64,000 bases of DNA from an uncultured Bacteroidales bacterium. GTDB lineage: Bacteria; Bacteroidota; Bacteroidia; Bacteroidales; DTU049. The notes under the pieces were generated by a model. The model saw nothing but the letters and a program-made list of their open reading frames with translations. It did not search any database and was not told the origin of the DNA. Shown one piece after another: positions 54,487 to 63,339 of the stretch. Position numbers and translations under genes: made by a program. The stretch is from positions 3,828 through 67,827 of the forward strand of contig CAZGIW010000007.1 of the NCBI GenBank assembly GCA_964526285.1, in the 5' to 3' direction. The first letter of the stretch is position 1. The number at the start of each line of letters is the position of its first letter.

Positions 54487-54900
54487 GCTAAACTTGAGTC
54501 ATTCGGTGTGAGGTTGGGAAGCTGGTAACGTTGAACGTCATTCGGTGTTCGGCTCTTTCAGGCTGAAAGCCAAATGTTACTTCAGTGAGTTTTAGACCTA
54601 TTTCCTGGTTCGGCATGGTTCACCGACCTCTCACGTCACATTTGTCACACCAAACCACAATCGCGACACATTCCCCTCATGGAGGGGTGGCCGCTTGCAT
54701 GCCATCAGCTGCAAAGGCCGAAATTGATGCGGACGGGGTGGTCAAAACGAGACTCCCAGCAACCTCCGCAAACGGATTAGCCCCTGTTTGCCGAAGGCGG
54801 ACGGGGTGGTAAAACGACCACTAAAATATCGAATCATAAATAACGAATGTCGAATGATGAAGTGTTTGTATCATTTCTTTGTTAGATATTTCACAATATA
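54487..54900. repeat. relatively GC-rich structured intergenic element, copy 1
   Basis: 54512-54732 matches 55579-55809 almost base for base. It contains hairpins (CCCCTC-atg-GAGGGG; CTTTCAG/CTGAAAG) and an internal direct repeat GGACGGGGTGGT that flanks a 67-nt insertion absent from copy 2. Confidence 0.8.
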
Positions 54901-54911
54901 AAAAAAAATAT

Positions 54912-54919
54912 TAGTTTTG
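54912..54919 (+). promoter_or_regulatory. -7 promoter box (TAGTTTTG)
   Basis: Exact TAnnTTTG 15 nt upstream of the ATG at 54934. It is duplicated at 55930-55937. Confidence 0.4.
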
Positions 54920-54933
54920 GAAAAAAATAACCA

Positions 54934-55482
54934 ATGAAAGTTACAAAAACAATATGTTTAATTACCTGTATGCTTATATCTTTTATGGTTTTTGGGCAAA
55001 AGAATCTCCCTTTTCCCGGTTTCCAACTGGGCTATAGCTATAGCAAAGCTCATATAGTTGATGGAGGAATAAATGCATATTGGTTTAAAACATCACCCAA
55101 TAAAAATTATCATGTTTTTGGCCCATTTTTAGCAGCAACAGCAATATTCACAAAAGATGCGTTATATGTGGGGCAGAGGCTGGGATTTAACTATCATTTT
55201 ATGTATACTAATGTAGTTCCAGGAAAACTTGAATATTCATTTCGTATTTCGCCTGCAATAGAAAACAACTGTAAAGATGACATACGAATTGGGGCTGATC
55301 TGGGAATAAGCTATTTGGGTTTGTATCTTTACGCTGGTTATTATGAGCCTGTTGGTAGTTTTGAATCAGAACGTTTTACAAAATTCAGATTCGGATTCAG
55401 GTATGTGTTCAATTTATGGGAAGACAAGGACGATAAGATTTTTGATTTTTCTTTTTTAAGAGGTCTTAACCTTTCCAAGTAG
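54934..55482 (+). CDS. small secreted/outer-membrane protein, paralog 1
   Basis: Signal peptide MKVTKTICLITCMLISFMVFGQ. Aromatic-rich alternating pattern. It is nearly identical to paralog 2 over the first ~45 aa. Confidence 0.6.
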   Translation: MKVTKTICLITCMLISFMVFGQKNLPFPGFQLGYSYSKAHIVDGGINAYWFKTSPNKNYHVFGPFLAATAIFTKDALYVGQRLGFNYHFMYTNVVPGKLEYSFRISPAIENNCKDDIRIGADLGISYLGLYLYAGYYEPVGSFESERFTKFRFGFRYVFNLWEDKDDKIFDFSFLRGLNLSK

Positions 55483-55562
55483 TTATTGGAGAAATGATGA
55501 AGCAGGCTGAGCCTCATCCGAAATTCACCGTAAGGATTGTACGCAAGGGTAGCACTGAACGA

Positions 55563-55920
55563 GAGTCATACGTTGTGCGGTTGGGAAGCTGGTAACGTTG
55601 AACGTCATTCGGTGTTCGGCTCTTCCAGGCTGAAAGCCTAATGTTACTTCAGTGAGTTTTAGACCTATTTCCTGGTTCGGCATGGTTCACCGACCTCTCA
55701 CGTCACATTTGTCACACCAAACCACAATCGCGACACATTCCCCTCATGGAGGGGTGGCCGCTTGCATGCCATCAGCTGCAAAGGCCGAAATTGATGCGGA
55801 CGGGGTGGTACGACCACTAAAATATCGAATCATGCTCCGAAGGAGTCCCTCTGGGAAATAACGAATGTCGAATGATGAAGTGTTTGGATTATTTCTTTGT
55901 TAGATATTTCACAACATAAA
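55563..55920. repeat. relatively GC-rich structured intergenic element, copy 2
   Basis: See copy 1. This copy lacks the 67-nt GGACGGGGTGGT-flanked insert and has its own ~25-nt insert (gctccgaaggagtccctctgggaaa). Confidence 0.8.
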
Positions 55921-55929
55921 AAAAAATAC

Positions 55930-55937
55930 TAGTTTTG
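55930..55937 (+). promoter_or_regulatory. -7 promoter box (TAGTTTTG)
   Basis: Exact TAnnTTTG 17 nt upstream of the ATG at 55954. Confidence 0.4.
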
Positions 55938-55953
55938 GAAAAAAAAATAACCA

Positions 55954-56442
55954 ATGAAAGTTACAAAAACAATATGTTTAATTACCTGTATGCTTATATC
56001 TTTTATGGTTTTTGGGCAAAAGAATCTCCCTTTTCCCGGTTTCCAACTGGGCTATAGCTATAGCAAAGCTCATATAGTTGAGGGAGGAATTAATGCATAT
56101 TGGTTTAAGAAAACACCCAATGTACACTATCATGTGTTTGGACCATTTTTAACAGCCACCGGAATATTCACCAAAGATGCGTCTTATGTAGGGCAGAGGT
56201 TTGGATTTAATTATCATTTTATGTATAAGTATGCATTTCGTATTTCGCCTGCAATAGAAAACAACTGTAAAGATGACATACGAATTGGGGCTGACCTGGG
56301 AATAAGCTATTTAGGTTTGTATCTTTACGCTGGTTATTATGAGCCTGTTGGAAATTTTGAATCCGATCGTTTTACAAAATTCAGATTCGGAATCAGGTAT
56401 GTGCTGAACTGGTATTGGACCAATGTGAATTTCTTCATTTAG
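55954..56442 (+). CDS. small secreted/outer-membrane protein, paralog 2
   Basis: Same signal peptide and core as 54934-55482. It has a 12-aa deletion (YTNVVPGKLEYS region) and a different C-terminal tail. Confidence 0.6.
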   Translation: MKVTKTICLITCMLISFMVFGQKNLPFPGFQLGYSYSKAHIVEGGINAYWFKKTPNVHYHVFGPFLTATGIFTKDASYVGQRFGFNYHFMYKYAFRISPAIENNCKDDIRIGADLGISYLGLYLYAGYYEPVGNFESDRFTKFRFGIRYVLNWYWTNVNFFI

Positions 56443-56474
56443 TTTTTTGACTAAAGGTTGGTTGAAACGAAGAT

Positions 56475-57836
56475 CTAAATCACATCTGTTCCCTTTTTTA
56501 TCAACCATAAATTGCCAACATTTGCAGAAAATTCATCCCTTGGCAACACTGTTGGCAACACAGGATTAAAGAAATTGTACTTTCTAAGGTCATGATCAAT
56601 GATGTTTGATTTCACTTCATTGTAATACACAGTGCCCGGCATGGGAGTGAGTATGGTATAACCTGCATAAGCCACCTTGTGCTGAGAAGCATAATCTGCC
56701 ATGGCTTTGAAATCTTCTGTTGTGTAATCTGTGGGAATCACATAATTGCCCCTGAGATTGATGTCATGCTCATGAAAAATTTCAATAGCTTTTGAAATAT
56801 ATGCAGGTGATGATTTTTTATTGTACTTATTCAGCTCAGCTTCTTTGTATGATTCAAAACCACAAATCACCACTTTCAGACCATTGCGAGCTAGTTTGCT
56901 GATCAGTGCAGGATTGTTCACCGCTGTGTCTGCTCTCACATCCATAATATATTCTTTATGTATGCCTTCTTCTTCAATTCGTGTAAACAATTTGTCAATA
57001 AAATCAACATCCACAATGGTGTTGGCATCGGCAAACCGAACAATGTCATAATCAATTGATTTCAGTTCTGTGATAATACTTTCAATATCACGTTTTAGAT
57101 AATCACCGCAATATTCTCTCCATATGGAACAAAAAGTACATTGATAGGGGCATCCCAGCGAAGTAAAAATATAGGTTGTAGGCGAAGGTGCACTGGGAAC
57201 CCGATAGGTTTGTTTCCATCTGGAGAGCAAACTCCTGTTGGGCATGAGAAAATCATTTTCTGCCGGATTCCACGCTTTTGCTGGTGTTGTGCTGGGTTTG
57301 AGTCCCTCTTTATTGTTGATGTAAATTCCGGCTACTGTTTCAAAAGAAGCATTTTTTTTACGGGCAGTCACAATATCACGAAGTTGTTGCCCTGCATGTC
57401 CTCTGATGGCAATATCAATTGATGGATCTGTGCAGTCTTCAATACATAAGGTCACATGCAGTCCGCCAATGATGGTTGTAATTTCAGGATTTACTTTTTT
57501 AGTGGTTCGTAAAATTTCAAGGCCATAATCAAATTCACTGCTGATTACAGTTGTACCCACAATATCAGGCTGATGCTCATGAATCAGACTCTCAACCAGT
57601 ACAGAAAGCTCAGGTGTGTCAGGATGCAAATCATATTCCCCCTTTGTATCAAACACAATCACATCCTGATCTTTTACAGCTGCAGCAAGAGTAAGCAATC
57701 CCAGCGGAGGACCGATGAGTTTTTTATGAATAAACCGCTTTGCCTCATCAGGTGCATGCTCAAGAATTGCATTGAATGGAGAGCGGGGAGTGTTAATGAG
57801 CAGAATTTTCACAGTGTATGGCTTAGAGGTATGCAA
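56475..57836 (-). CDS. cobalamin-binding-domain radical SAM protein (class B rSAM) 1
   Basis: The N-terminal Rossmann-like B12-binding region (KILLINTP...PPLGLLTLAA...IVGTTV) precedes the CxxxCxxC motif CPYQCTFC. The annotated start is a TTG; a GTG at 57812 (VKILLI) is an alternative. Confidence 0.75.
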   Translation of the reverse strand: MHTSKPYTVKILLINTPRSPFNAILEHAPDEAKRFIHKKLIGPPLGLLTLAAAVKDQDVIVFDTKGEYDLHPDTPELSVLVESLIHEHQPDIVGTTVISSEFDYGLEILRTTKKVNPEITTIIGGLHVTLCIEDCTDPSIDIAIRGHAGQQLRDIVTARKKNASFETVAGIYINNKEGLKPSTTPAKAWNPAENDFLMPNRSLLSRWKQTYRVPSAPSPTTYIFTSLGCPYQCTFCSIWREYCGDYLKRDIESIITELKSIDYDIVRFADANTIVDVDFIDKLFTRIEEEGIHKEYIMDVRADTAVNNPALISKLARNGLKVVICGFESYKEAELNKYNKKSSPAYISKAIEIFHEHDINLRGNYVIPTDYTTEDFKAMADYASQHKVAYAGYTILTPMPGTVYYNEVKSNIIDHDLRKYNFFNPVLPTVLPRDEFSANVGNLWLIKKGTDVI

Positions 57837-57978
57837 ATTTAGAACAATTTTTTCATTTGCTCAGGTCTAAACACATTTACTCTTTTTCACTATCCAAAAC
57901 AAACACCTTTTTTTGTATTGCTGAAACTTTATTCAGGCACGAATATTTGGAAAATGAAATCATTACTTACATTTTTCT

Positions 57979-57986
57979 TAATTTTG
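57979..57986 (+). promoter_or_regulatory. -7 promoter box (TAATTTTG)
   Basis: Exact TAnnTTTG 46 nt upstream of the ATG at 58032, in the divergent intergenic region. Confidence 0.4.
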
Positions 57987-58031
57987 TGATTTGAACTGAA
58001 TCTGACAATTGATTTTACTGAAAATATATTT

Positions 58032-59297
58032 ATGAAATTTCACTTTATCTATCCCAAATGGGAAAAACTCGAAGGTCAAACAACCTTTCATCTTCCTCCG
58101 CATGGACCGGTTGTTATGGCAGCATCTCTTCCCTCATATGTTGATGTCACCTTTACTGATGAAAATGTTGAACCTCTGGAGTTTGATGATACAACAGAAT
58201 TTGTTGGCATTTCAATGATGCTTACCACACAGATAAAAAGAGGTTGGGAAATCGCCACCGAATATCGCCGGCTTGGCAAAAAAGTAATTTTTGGAGGAAT
58301 TTCCACTATGCTGCATGCTGAAGAAACACAACAATATGCCGACTCAGTGTTTCTTGGTGAATCAGAAGGAAAAATGGAACAGGTTTTTGATGATTTCAGA
58401 AAAGGTCAGCTGAAGAAAGTGTATGATTTTATGAACGATTTGCCCGATGTTTCAATGATAGGCCCTGCAAGGAGAGAAATTCTCAACGACAAATTATATT
58501 ATCATAAAGGAACACGCATGGTAGATCTGTTTCATGCATCAAGAGGATGTCGTTTCAACTGCTATCCATGTGCCGTTTCTTATCTTGGAGGTCGCAAATT
58601 CAGACCCCGCCCCATTGATAAGTCTATTGAAGAACTTGAAAAAATCAATAACAACAGGCTTTTTATTGTTGACAATTCGCTTGCTTGTGATACACAGTGG
58701 GAAAAAGACCTCTTCAAAGCCATGATTCCACTGAAGAAAAACTGGTGCAGCCATACCATTGAAGACAAACCCGAAGTGCTCGATCTTGCTGCCCAGGCAG
58801 GGGCTTGGTATGTGTATCAGGCTGTGTTTGATACTTCTGATTATATCAAAGAACGCATTAAAAGATATCATGATTATGGTATCGGTGTGGAAGGCACCAT
58901 TCTGCTCGGACTCGATGATCATACCGAAGATTCTATCAAACGACTTATCGATTTTCTCCTCGAAATCAATCTCGACCTGGCAGAGTTCACTGTGATGACT
59001 CCTTTTCCTCACACCCGTGCATGGGATGATATGATGAAGCAGAAAAGGATTTTTAATTTTAACTGGAATGACTACAATGCAGGAAAAGTTGTGTTTCAAC
59101 CCAAAAACATGAGCCCCGATAAACTTCAGGAACTATATCATTATGCCTGGGATACATTTTATAAGGATGAAACACAAACCCAGAAAATGTTCAAATTGTT
59201 TATGAAAGTCATTAATAAAGAGATTGATAATGGTTTGTATAAACCCAGAAGTGAAGATATGACTGATAAGAGTTTTGGAAAGGAAGTGGACAGATAG
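58032..59297 (+). CDS. cobalamin-binding-domain radical SAM protein (class B rSAM) 2
   Basis: N-terminal B12-binding-like region (FVGISMMLTTQ...VIFGG) and the CxxxCxxC motif CRFNCYPC. Length is 421 aa. Confidence 0.75.
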   Translation: MKFHFIYPKWEKLEGQTTFHLPPHGPVVMAASLPSYVDVTFTDENVEPLEFDDTTEFVGISMMLTTQIKRGWEIATEYRRLGKKVIFGGISTMLHAEETQQYADSVFLGESEGKMEQVFDDFRKGQLKKVYDFMNDLPDVSMIGPARREILNDKLYYHKGTRMVDLFHASRGCRFNCYPCAVSYLGGRKFRPRPIDKSIEELEKINNNRLFIVDNSLACDTQWEKDLFKAMIPLKKNWCSHTIEDKPEVLDLAAQAGAWYVYQAVFDTSDYIKERIKRYHDYGIGVEGTILLGLDDHTEDSIKRLIDFLLEINLDLAEFTVMTPFPHTRAWDDMMKQKRIFNFNWNDYNAGKVVFQPKNMSPDKLQELYHYAWDTFYKDETQTQKMFKLFMKVINKEIDNGLYKPRSEDMTDKSFGKEVDR

Positions 59298-59324
59298 TTT
59301 TATATTGTTGTAATACCGAAAAAA

Positions 59325-61691
59325 ATGAATAACAGTCCTTCAAGATTTCTAATTTTCTTGATTTTGCTTGGGTGCATGGCTGTTTTACATGCACAGGAGC
59401 CATTGAGACAAACTATCAGAGGAGTTGTGGTTGACAAGCAATCACAAAAACCGGTTGTGGGAGCTGTTGTTATGGTGAAAGATTCCAATCCTTTGATTGC
59501 AGTGACAACTGATTTTGACGGTAAATACAGATTGACAAATGTCCCAATAGGAAGAGTTAATATCGAGTGTTCAATGATGGGATACCATTCAGTAAGTTTT
59601 GAAAATCTGGTGCTGACATCAGCAAGAGAAATGATTCTGAACATTGAAATTACTGAAAAAGCATATAGCCTTGAAGAGTTTGTTGTGTCGTCGTATAGTC
59701 GTAAAGACCAGCCAGTTAATTCCATGGCTATCATAAGTTCACGTTCATTTACTCCTGAAGAAACATCCAGATATGCCGGTAGTTATGGTGATCCTGCACG
59801 AATGGCATCAAACTATGCAGGTGTGATGACAGGCAGAGACAATAGAAATGATATTGTAATCAGAGGAAATTCATCAATGGGAATTGCATGGAGACTTGAT
59901 GATATTGAAATTTCAAATCCAAGTCACTATGCAGCTTTGGGAACCACTGGTGGACCAATTACAATACTCAACAGTAATCTGCTCACAAACTCTGATTTTT
60001 TGTCTGGGGCGTTTCCGGCAGAATATGGGAATGCGTTATCAGGTGTGTTTGACTTGAAAATGCGAAACGGAAATAATGAAAAACGTGAGCATTGGCTTCA
60101 AACCGGATGGAATGGACTTGAATTTGGAACAGAAGGTCCTTTTTCAAAAAATCATAATGCTTCATATATTGTAGCATACAGATATTCAATAATTGATATT
60201 CTCAACTCCGTTGGATTTGACCTGGGCATTGATCCCAAATATCAGGATCTGAATTTTAAAATCAATTTGCCATACAAAAAGGGGAGATTTGCCATTATCG
60301 GTTTGGGAGGTACAAGCTCAATCAATATTTTTGATTCACGCAAAGACCAAAAGGACTGGATGTTTGATGAAGCCGGTGAAGATGTGTCAAACTCCACTGC
60401 CATGGGAATGATTGCCTTATCAAATTTATACTTTTTCAATGATGATACAAGACTTAAAACAACATTCTCGTTGTCAGGCTCACAGGTTTCTTCATCCGTA
60501 GATACTTTTTCGGTCAGCAATCTGCAGCCATTTCACAGGGCAGGTGAGCTTTCATCTGAAATGAAGTATTCATTTTCAGGAATACTGAAAAGGAAGTTCA
60601 GTGCAAAAAGTGATGTGGATTTTGGAGTTTTTTATGATTTGTATGATATCTCATATTTAGACAGTACACTGAGAAGTCATGTTTTTATGTATGACACAGA
60701 TGCACAGGAACGTTTGCAAATGTTCAGAGCTTTTGGTCAGACAGGCTACAAAATTACTGATTTACTCACAGTTGTGGCAGGTATCAATTATCAGTTGTTT
60801 GATTTCAACGGCAGTCAGTCAATTGAGCCACGGGCAGGCCTGAAATGGGTTTTAAACGAACATCACTCTCTCAATGCCGGATTTGGTATTCATAGCCAGA
60901 TGCAGCCGCGTTTGGTCTATTTTGCACAAACTTATCAGCCCGATGGTACTTATGTTCTCACCAATACTGGTTTGGATTTTTCCAGAAGCAAGCATTATGT
61001 GCTTGGTCATGACTATCTGATTTCCAATAACTTTCGAATGAAAACGGAGATTTATTATCAGCAGTTGTTCAATATCCCTGTTCGGCAGGGCGTGGGGGCA
61101 TATTCAATACTCAATTCGGGCGTTGAGTATTTTGTGGGAAGACAAGACAGTTTGATAAATTCAGGTACAGGAGAAAACTATGGTGTTGAATTAACTCTTG
61201 AGAGATTTTTCAATAAACAGTATTTTTTTCTTATTACAGCTTCAGTTTTTCAGTCCACTTTCAGGGGTTCAGACGGAATATCACGACCCACAGCTTTTAG
61301 TTCCAACTATCTGGTTAATATGGTGGGCGGATATGAAAAAATAATCGGAAAGAAAAAAAACGGAGCTTTGGTAATTGGTCTTAGATTAACCCTTAACGGC
61401 GGCCGGCCATATGTTCCCTTTGATGTTGAATCTACAGTCAATTCAGGAACTGAGGTGATGGATTGGGAAAATGCATACAGTGTGAGATATAAGGACTACA
61501 GAAGAATGAGCCTGAGGTTGGGAATAAGAAGAAATAAAGTAAAAACAAGTTCTGAACTGACAATTGATCTTCAATACAGAACCAATTATACCAGTATTTA
61601 CATTGAGAGAATTGATGTCACAACAGGAAAAATTCACAACTATCAGAAAATGGCATTCTATCCCATGACCACGTGGAGGTTAAATTTTTGA
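59325..61691 (+). CDS. TonB-dependent receptor-like outer membrane protein with N-terminal carboxypeptidase-regulatory-like domain
   Basis: Signal peptide. CarboxypepD_reg pattern IRGVVVD...PVVGAVVMVKD...TDFDGKYRL.NVP.G. A plug-like region follows (RGNSS..IAWRLDDIEI), then a long beta-rich region ending in ...WRLNF. Confidence 0.75.
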   Translation: MNNSPSRFLIFLILLGCMAVLHAQEPLRQTIRGVVVDKQSQKPVVGAVVMVKDSNPLIAVTTDFDGKYRLTNVPIGRVNIECSMMGYHSVSFENLVLTSAREMILNIEITEKAYSLEEFVVSSYSRKDQPVNSMAIISSRSFTPEETSRYAGSYGDPARMASNYAGVMTGRDNRNDIVIRGNSSMGIAWRLDDIEISNPSHYAALGTTGGPITILNSNLLTNSDFLSGAFPAEYGNALSGVFDLKMRNGNNEKREHWLQTGWNGLEFGTEGPFSKNHNASYIVAYRYSIIDILNSVGFDLGIDPKYQDLNFKINLPYKKGRFAIIGLGGTSSINIFDSRKDQKDWMFDEAGEDVSNSTAMGMIALSNLYFFNDDTRLKTTFSLSGSQVSSSVDTFSVSNLQPFHRAGELSSEMKYSFSGILKRKFSAKSDVDFGVFYDLYDISYLDSTLRSHVFMYDTDAQERLQMFRAFGQTGYKITDLLTVVAGINYQLFDFNGSQSIEPRAGLKWVLNEHHSLNAGFGIHSQMQPRLVYFAQTYQPDGTYVLTNTGLDFSRSKHYVLGHDYLISNNFRMKTEIYYQQLFNIPVRQGVGAYSILNSGVEYFVGRQDSLINSGTGENYGVELTLERFFNKQYFFLITASVFQSTFRGSDGISRPTAFSSNYLVNMVGGYEKIIGKKKNGALVIGLRLTLNGGRPYVPFDVESTVNSGTEVMDWENAYSVRYKDYRRMSLRLGIRRNKVKTSSELTIDLQYRTNYTSIYIERIDVTTGKIHNYQKMAFYPMTTWRLNF

Positions 61692-61707
61692 TTTTTAACA
61701 AAAATCT

Positions 61708-61715
61708 TAACTTTG
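61708..61715 (+). promoter_or_regulatory. -7 promoter box (TAACTTTG)
   Basis: Exact TAnnTTTG 20 nt upstream of the ATG at 61735. Confidence 0.4.
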
Positions 61716-61734
61716 CACTTTTCAACTTGTTGAC

Positions 61735-63261
61735 ATGTCTGATAAGAAATACAATCTTTTACTTATTAAACCAAAGCAAACGCTGAACCATTATTCAACC
61801 CAGATTCAGATTGCCAGACTCATGGGGAAGAAGACAAACAGTATTCCGCTTGCTCTGCCACTCATTGCTGCACTCACTCCTGACAATTACAATATTCGTA
61901 TTGTGGATGAAGATATATCACCAATTCCTAAAAATCTAAAGCCTGATATTGTTGGAATAACAATGATTACTTCCAATTCTGCCAGAGGTTTTGAAATTGG
62001 TGAAATGTATAAAAAAATGGGAGTGAAAGTAGTAATGGGAGGAACATTTCCAAGTTTTCACATTGAAGAGTGTCGCCCCTTTGCCCATAGTATTGTTGTG
62101 GGCGAGGCTGAACAAAACTGGGCTCGCGTGCTCAATGATTTTGAAAACAACAATTTGCAACCGGTTTACAGAACAACCGGCTTTGCGGATTATTCAACAT
62201 CGCCCGTGCCACGGTGGGATTTAATAGACAACCGCAAAATTCTTTCTTATAATGTGCAGGCATCAAGAGGTTGTCCCTTTCAGTGCGAGTTTTGCTTAAC
62301 TACACATTTGTTTGGAAGAAAAGTGAGAAGAAGAAAAGTGGAGGATGTGATTCATGAAATAAGGCAACTTCCAATGAAAAACATCTTGTTTGCAGATGAA
62401 AATTTTGCAATTGATAAGAAATATGCAAAGGAATTGTGCAGAGCATTGAAACCACTGAACAGAAACTGGATGTGTCAGAGTAGTGTTGATGTGGCTGATG
62501 ATGAAGAACTACTGAAAGAAATGTCGGAAGCAGGTTGCAATTATGTGATAATTGGTTTTGAGTCACTGAAAAAGGATAGCCTTGCAACCTCTCATAAGTA
62601 TCAGAATGATCCTGCCAGGTACAATGAAATTATTGAGCGGTTGCACAAACATGGAATTCATGTGTATGCATCTTTCATCGTTGGTTTTGATGATGATACC
62701 CTGGAAGATCTGAAAGTATTTGAAGAATTTATTGATAATTCTTCACTTCCGGTGTTCACTTTAAGTATTTTGGGTACAACATGTGGGATGGAAATGTATG
62801 ACAGGCTTGAAAAGGAGGGGAGGATTGTACACAATTTGAGTAAAAAATTTTTTGTTGGAATATATCCGGTAATGCGATATAAGAATTTTGACAACAAGAC
62901 CCTTTTCGATCACTTTATCAAAACAACAAAGTATTTGTATTCATACGAAAGAATAAGTGCAAGAACAATAAGGATGCTGGAAAATGGATATTTTGCCGTA
63001 GAAAAAACCACAAAATCAATTTCGGCAGGAATGAAGTTTAGAACATCATTTCTGCTTTTATATACTCATCTGATTACCAGAGATAAAGCAAAGAGGAGGT
63101 TTTTCAAACAAATTTTTTCGCTCATCAGAAGAAAGAAACTGGCGGTGACTGAAGGTGCGTCCGTTTTGCTTATGTTTGAGGCAATTACAAGACATATAAG
63201 AAAAGATGAAGTCCACAGGCAGGAGTATTACAGAGAACTGGAAAAACTGGAATTAAACTAG
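61735..63261 (+). CDS. cobalamin-binding-domain radical SAM protein (class B rSAM) 3, with C-terminal extension (DUF4070-like)
   Basis: B12-binding-like N-terminus (LLLIKPK...PLALPLIAAL...IVGITMITS) and the CxxxCxxC motif CPFQCEFC. There are about 110 extra C-terminal residues relative to rSAM 2. Confidence 0.75.
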   Translation: MSDKKYNLLLIKPKQTLNHYSTQIQIARLMGKKTNSIPLALPLIAALTPDNYNIRIVDEDISPIPKNLKPDIVGITMITSNSARGFEIGEMYKKMGVKVVMGGTFPSFHIEECRPFAHSIVVGEAEQNWARVLNDFENNNLQPVYRTTGFADYSTSPVPRWDLIDNRKILSYNVQASRGCPFQCEFCLTTHLFGRKVRRRKVEDVIHEIRQLPMKNILFADENFAIDKKYAKELCRALKPLNRNWMCQSSVDVADDEELLKEMSEAGCNYVIIGFESLKKDSLATSHKYQNDPARYNEIIERLHKHGIHVYASFIVGFDDDTLEDLKVFEEFIDNSSLPVFTLSILGTTCGMEMYDRLEKEGRIVHNLSKKFFVGIYPVMRYKNFDNKTLFDHFIKTTKYLYSYERISARTIRMLENGYFAVEKTTKSISAGMKFRTSFLLLYTHLITRDKAKRRFFKQIFSLIRRKKLAVTEGASVLLMFEAITRHIRKDEVHRQEYYRELEKLELN

Positions 63262-63339
63262 CTTTTCAGCAATTTTTCTATTAACCCCATATGCAACACT
63301 TCCGGAAAAATTTTATGTTTCATGATGTAATTTAATCTC

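Noticed and set aside
54585-55861. Two ORFs (75 and 69 aa) with identical N-terminal 53 aa (MSFRPISWFGMVHRPLTSHL...).
   Set aside because: They sit inside the duplicated GC-rich element and begin at non-ATG (GTG) codons. The two copies diverge exactly where the nucleotide indels occur, so the frame is not preserved as a protein would require. Their composition is unlike the neighbouring genes.
57837-59324. Cobalamin riboswitch upstream of the rSAM genes or the TonB-dependent receptor (which would suggest a BtuB-like B12 importer feeding the B12-dependent enzymes).
   Set aside because: The intergenic regions (57837-58031 and 59298-59324) are AT-rich. They lack the conserved B12-box (GCCACTG-like) and the GC-rich helices of cobalamin riboswitches. 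The second gap is only 27 nt.
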